DNA of 64,000 nucleotides from Ascidiella aspersa (lineage: Eukaryota), in the NCBI GenBank assembly GCA_963924565.1, contig OZ004608.1, forward strand, positions 9,114,001 through 9,178,000, written 5' to 3'. The notes below the pieces were generated by a model. It had not been told where the DNA came from and did no database searches. It saw nothing but the letters and a program-made list of their open reading frames with translations. The position numbers and the translations under genes were made by a program. Of the stretch, positions 60,085 to 64,000 are shown in pieces (within the stretch, counting starts at the first letter, position 1; each line of letters starts with the position of its first letter).

Positions 60085-60385
60085 ATTTTAGCTTCCCAGG
60101 AAACGTTATAGGTAAAACTAGGGTCCTTTGTTAGCCGACAGCATATTTCACTCGAACGTCAAGCCCTCCAGTAGACAAATACAAGCTGAGGAGTTGCGAA
60201 AACAAATCCTTGAAGAATACCAAGGCGCATTTTACAGCTGACCCACGCTCACCTTGTTGCCAGGCGCTCCGTAGTTGGGAGCTTTCAAGCTCTCAGCCAA
60301 TCAGAAAGCGGAACGGGGTTGTGTTGTTCTTTGTCTACGTCATAATGAAAGATAGAAGTTACAGTTGAATGGGCGCGTCGGAAAC
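60085..60385. promoter_or_regulatory. Putative bidirectional CFAP144/FZR1 promoter
   Basis: Head-to-head ATGs at 59775 (-) and 61216 (+), CpG-rich patch, NF-Y consensus AGCCAATCAG 60295-60304, X-box-like GCTTCCCAGGAAAC 60091-60104. Confidence 0.55.
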
Positions 60386-60799
60386 GCATCAGTGGGTAGT
60401 TAATTAAGGTCTTCACGGTCTCGGACATCTTGTTTTTCGCAGCCTAGTTAGGTTTTAGTTCGTCGCTAAATGTTTTTTATAGCAAAGTGTGGAAACTTGA
60501 ACGAATGTTTGCGTAGCGATCGGGGTTTTTCGCACCTACAGACAACGCCGCCCAGTTTAGTTAGTTTATAGGGTGTTCGCTGTCCAACAGCCAGTAACCT
60601 GGGAAATGAACTGTCACGGTGTCATTGCGTAGTACAGGAACTTAGCAACAGCTGATGGGAGGGCAGCTGACGGTTTTTCAATAAATAGCTATAAATTACG
60701 AGATGATTTAGGCTCAACGTTCAGTTATACAGTTGGCGATATACCAGATTATATGGTGGACTAGTTTACCTGTATTTTTTGGAAGTCTTTATATTTTGG

Positions 60800-61004
60800 G
60801 GCACTGGTCTAGAATCCCTACCACAACAAACACTAATTGAGTTAGGGTGCGGATTAGCGTTAGGGTCTGAGTAGTTTGAGCCATATTATTAAATAATATT
60901 ACTTGACCCACCCTCACCCAAACACTAACAGATACCCTAACCCAAATATTTTGTGTTGCTTTAATAATTGATTCAACGCCATGCTAGGATTCTAGATCAG
61001 CCGT
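60800..61004. mobile_element. Third copy of the GGCGCTGGTC fold-back element
   Basis: GGCACTGGTCTAGAATCCCTACCACA..TAGGATTCTAGATCAGCC with the same GTTAGGGTGCGG/ACCCTAACCCAAA core. Confidence 0.78.
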
Positions 61005-61215
61005 CATTAAATATAAGTTATAGTTTCCATATTATAATACATAGTTTGTACAACAAGATGTTTTTAGAATATATGTTTTAAACATATCCCTCATTATTAC
61101 TAAAATTGTTTATCATATTCCTTTATTTCATGTTAAATAAGGTAATATCTCAAACATAGTACACTGTTTCGGAATGAGTACATACAGTTATATTGGATAA
61201 ACCTAAACTTCAACT

Positions 61216-63707
61216 ATGGATCAAGACTTTGAAAAGCGTCTTTTGAAGCAGCAGAATGGACCTCCACCAATATCGCCATTATTATCGGTACAACTTGTTA
61301 TCTACAAAATTTCACTCTAAACGTTTATTTGAATATTATGAGTGTAGGAGTTGTCCAGGTACTGAAGTCTGCTTTAGGATTATTGTGCAAGAAAGGCAAG
61401 CCCAAAAAAATCTAGCCTGTTATATCTCAGCAAAATGTCCCTCCACGGTTTGAGCTATTTCAATTGAAAAGTAATCAAATGCTCAAATGTTTTTATGGTT
61501 TTCGTAGTAATTGTTTACAAATATTAGCAGTTACTTATTATAGCTGTGCAATTTTCGGTTACATAACGATCCCCTTTAATTATTCACAGTTTTTAATCTT
61601 GGAGCTATGCAGTTGGCTCAATGAAAGGTGTTTGTGATTACCTATACTATTATGAGTGTATTTTTGTTGTTGTTGCAAACAACACTATTTGGGAAAAAAC
61701 AGTTTAAGTTATAGGCAAAGCGGAGCAATTTTTAACAAACAACATGTTAATGGAATTCGCATAAACGAATATCATTTTTGTATAAAAAAATCAGCCAACA
61801 GATACAGCACAGTTTTTGCTTTAGATATATACAACGCTGCTGTTTTGTTAATCATTGATTAGGTTGGTATTGACCAGATGGCCTTTACCGTAGAACAGTG
61901 GTTGCTATACTTTTCGCCTAGCCGCCTCTCATGCTTTTTAAAAAATAGTGGGAACCCTGTCGATTTTTAAAACTACCAACTGTACATAGGCTGTCAAAAA
62001 AATATATACAAGATTAACATCACTGAGAAGAATGCTCTCCAGCCATAGGCGCCAAACTTTCAAAATTCCAGGGCCCTATTTTCTAGACTAGACAGTGCAA
62101 AATTGCTTATAATTAAATAAAAAAAATGTGAGCTCTCATAGATAACAACTGTTGCCTGTTATCACTGAGCAAACCATTTTGCCTTTTAAAACTTTCTTTT
62201 TGCAACTTTTTGGGCAGTACGCAACAATAATTAAAAGAACTATTTATTCCATATAACATAAAAAAACATAGTTTGGGTATTCTAATTATGGTCTTGTTTC
62301 CATGTGGTAATTCAGAAAAGTTGAATGTGCTACAGAAATTGTTTTGCACATTTATTGATAACTTGGTAAAATTCCAGGCTGTTTTGACGCGTTATAAGAA
62401 ATCAGGGCATTTAAAAACCCTCTGCACACCCACGTCCTGCGCCTATGTCTCTAGCTTATATATTTCGGCCAATAAATTTGCAAGGACACCATGTAACTCA
62501 TTCATAAACTACTGCTCTATCAGGTAATACTAAACCACCACAGCTAATTCCATTGTTTCTCCTCAGCCTGCCGCTTCACCATTTGCCAACCGACACCTGC
62601 CAAGGTCCCTGCCTCCTTCGCCCAGCACCCTGTCGCCAGTGAAGCCGGAGCGCTGTGGCGATCGCTTTATTCCGAGCCGGGCCGGCGCCAGGTGGCACAT
62701 AGACTTTAACATGATCTCGGAAAAGGGAAATGGCCGACAAACCAGCAAAGTGTCGAACCAGCAAAACCAGCAGAACCAGCAGCAGCCTCAACAGCAATCA
62801 TCGCAGCAGCAACAGCAGACCCAACAAACCGCAAGCCAAAATCGAAAAAACAAAGATGTGAATGAAAATGGCAAAGGTATAGCAATACTTGTTTTTGATT
62901 TCTGTTTTGTGTTTGAGTTCATAAAAGAATTTCTTAAAACGTTAGTGATTTAAGTATTAGTGTTTTTGGCTAAAAAGCATTTAAACCAGGAAATGGCACT
63001 TTTGAAATTTGGGCTGCCATTATAGTTTCTGTTATGATTGACTGCTAGTAGTTTTATGCAGTATTTTTTTGTTGTGACATTTAGTTTGGGACCATCTGCT
63101 CCATGTTTTGTATTGATAGCCAACTATCAACATGTCCTGTGTCTAAAAAAACTCTGTTTATAACTCACTTGTTGGATAGATTAAAACCAGAGTTTTCATT
63201 ACAGATAATTATATGAAGATTATTTTGTGAGGAATTTGCTTGTAATAGAAACATAGTTAATTTATCAAGATGTTTAAACCAAATTCCTATGTGTAGAATA
63301 ACACAATTTACACCACTTTGTAGTATTCCCTAAAATAATGATTTCGAGCTCCCAAAATTATAAAATGCAGGTCAAATAAACAAACTTCAAAATTGTTGCC
63401 AGATTGTACGTAGCAATAGTTGTAGGGTACTGATAGTTTGAAAATCATTCCTGTTCCATCTCATTTTCTTACTAAAAATGCTATTTAGCCTGTGTGATGT
63501 TGCCGGCATATGTTTGATGGTTTCACTGTGACATGTTTTGTCTCGCATTACATGTTTATATTTTTTCCCGCTACAGACAGTTTGACATACCTTTGCCTGT
63601 TGAGGAACGAACTGCTGGGGTCGGAAATCGACCGAATCAAAGACAGCCAATCAGAAGACAGGAGAGTTATGGGAAGTCCATGCTCAGAAAAAAAGAATCT
63701 TTTTAAA
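61216..63707 (+). CDS. FZR1: Fizzy-related APC/C coactivator Cdh1, 3'-truncated (WD40 domain lies beyond the window)
   Basis: Exons 61216-61287 (MDQDFEKRLLKQ, compare vertebrate MDQDYERRLLRQ), 62567-62876 (C-box DRFIPSRAGA, then poly-Q), 63577-63707 (DSLTYLCLLRNELLG..SEDRR..EKKNLFK). Confidence 0.93.
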
Positions 63708-64000
63708 GTAAGCTACTTTATAATTTTGCAATGATCTTTTTGTATTTTTCTAAAGGCTATAGTGTTTTTCAGTCATGTGCACTGTAGATAAATTGTTTTG
63801 TCATCAATCAAAACTTAAGTCACCCCAACCTAGTAGTTTTTAACCCTTGAAGCTATTTTATGTGCTTGGAGTAATAAACCTAAATAAACCATAATATGCT
63901 ATGTGTGTTTTGTTTTGTATTGTTTGTGTTTGGTCTGTTAGCAGTTCAAATTTGCCACCCAATGCAAGTCGTGCCCTGATCCTTTTGTTTGTTTGTATTT

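Noticed and set aside
63942-64000. Next FZR1 exon after TAG|CAG
   Set aside because: The translation (FKFATQCKSCPD..) does not convincingly match the expected segment leading to SPYSLSP, and the window ends before it can be judged.

Overview
Eukaryotic, intron-rich animal genomic DNA, probably an invertebrate chordate and most likely an ascidian (inferred from chordate-like proteins, short AT-rich introns, patchy CpG content and frequent TGACGTCA). I assembled six spliced protein-coding genes by hand from GT-AG boundaries with consistent phases. (1) The 3' part of an SSBP2/3/4 (Ssdp) gene, + strand, with a 16.8-kb CpG-rich intron and two possible C-termini. (2) A 4-exon FAM166/CIMIP2-like ciliary gene, +. 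(3) Complete 24-exon KIF11/Eg5, +. (4) Complete EBNA1BP2, +. (5) Complete CFAP144/FAM183, - strand. (6) The 5' part of FZR1/Cdh1, +. Introns carry many non-autonomous DNA transposons (hAT-type MITEs with 8-bp TSDs, and fold-back elements with GG termini), a tRNA-derived SINE-like sequence and local tandem duplications. The most interesting signal is the last SSBP intron. It offers a choice between read-through and splicing to a distal exon across a ~208-nt AG-free zone with a distant branch point, and carries TGACGTCA palindromes at both ends that could form competing RNA structures. No prokaryotic systems (CRISPR, phage, operon-type defence loci) are evident. All gene models are manual and not verified by transcript data.
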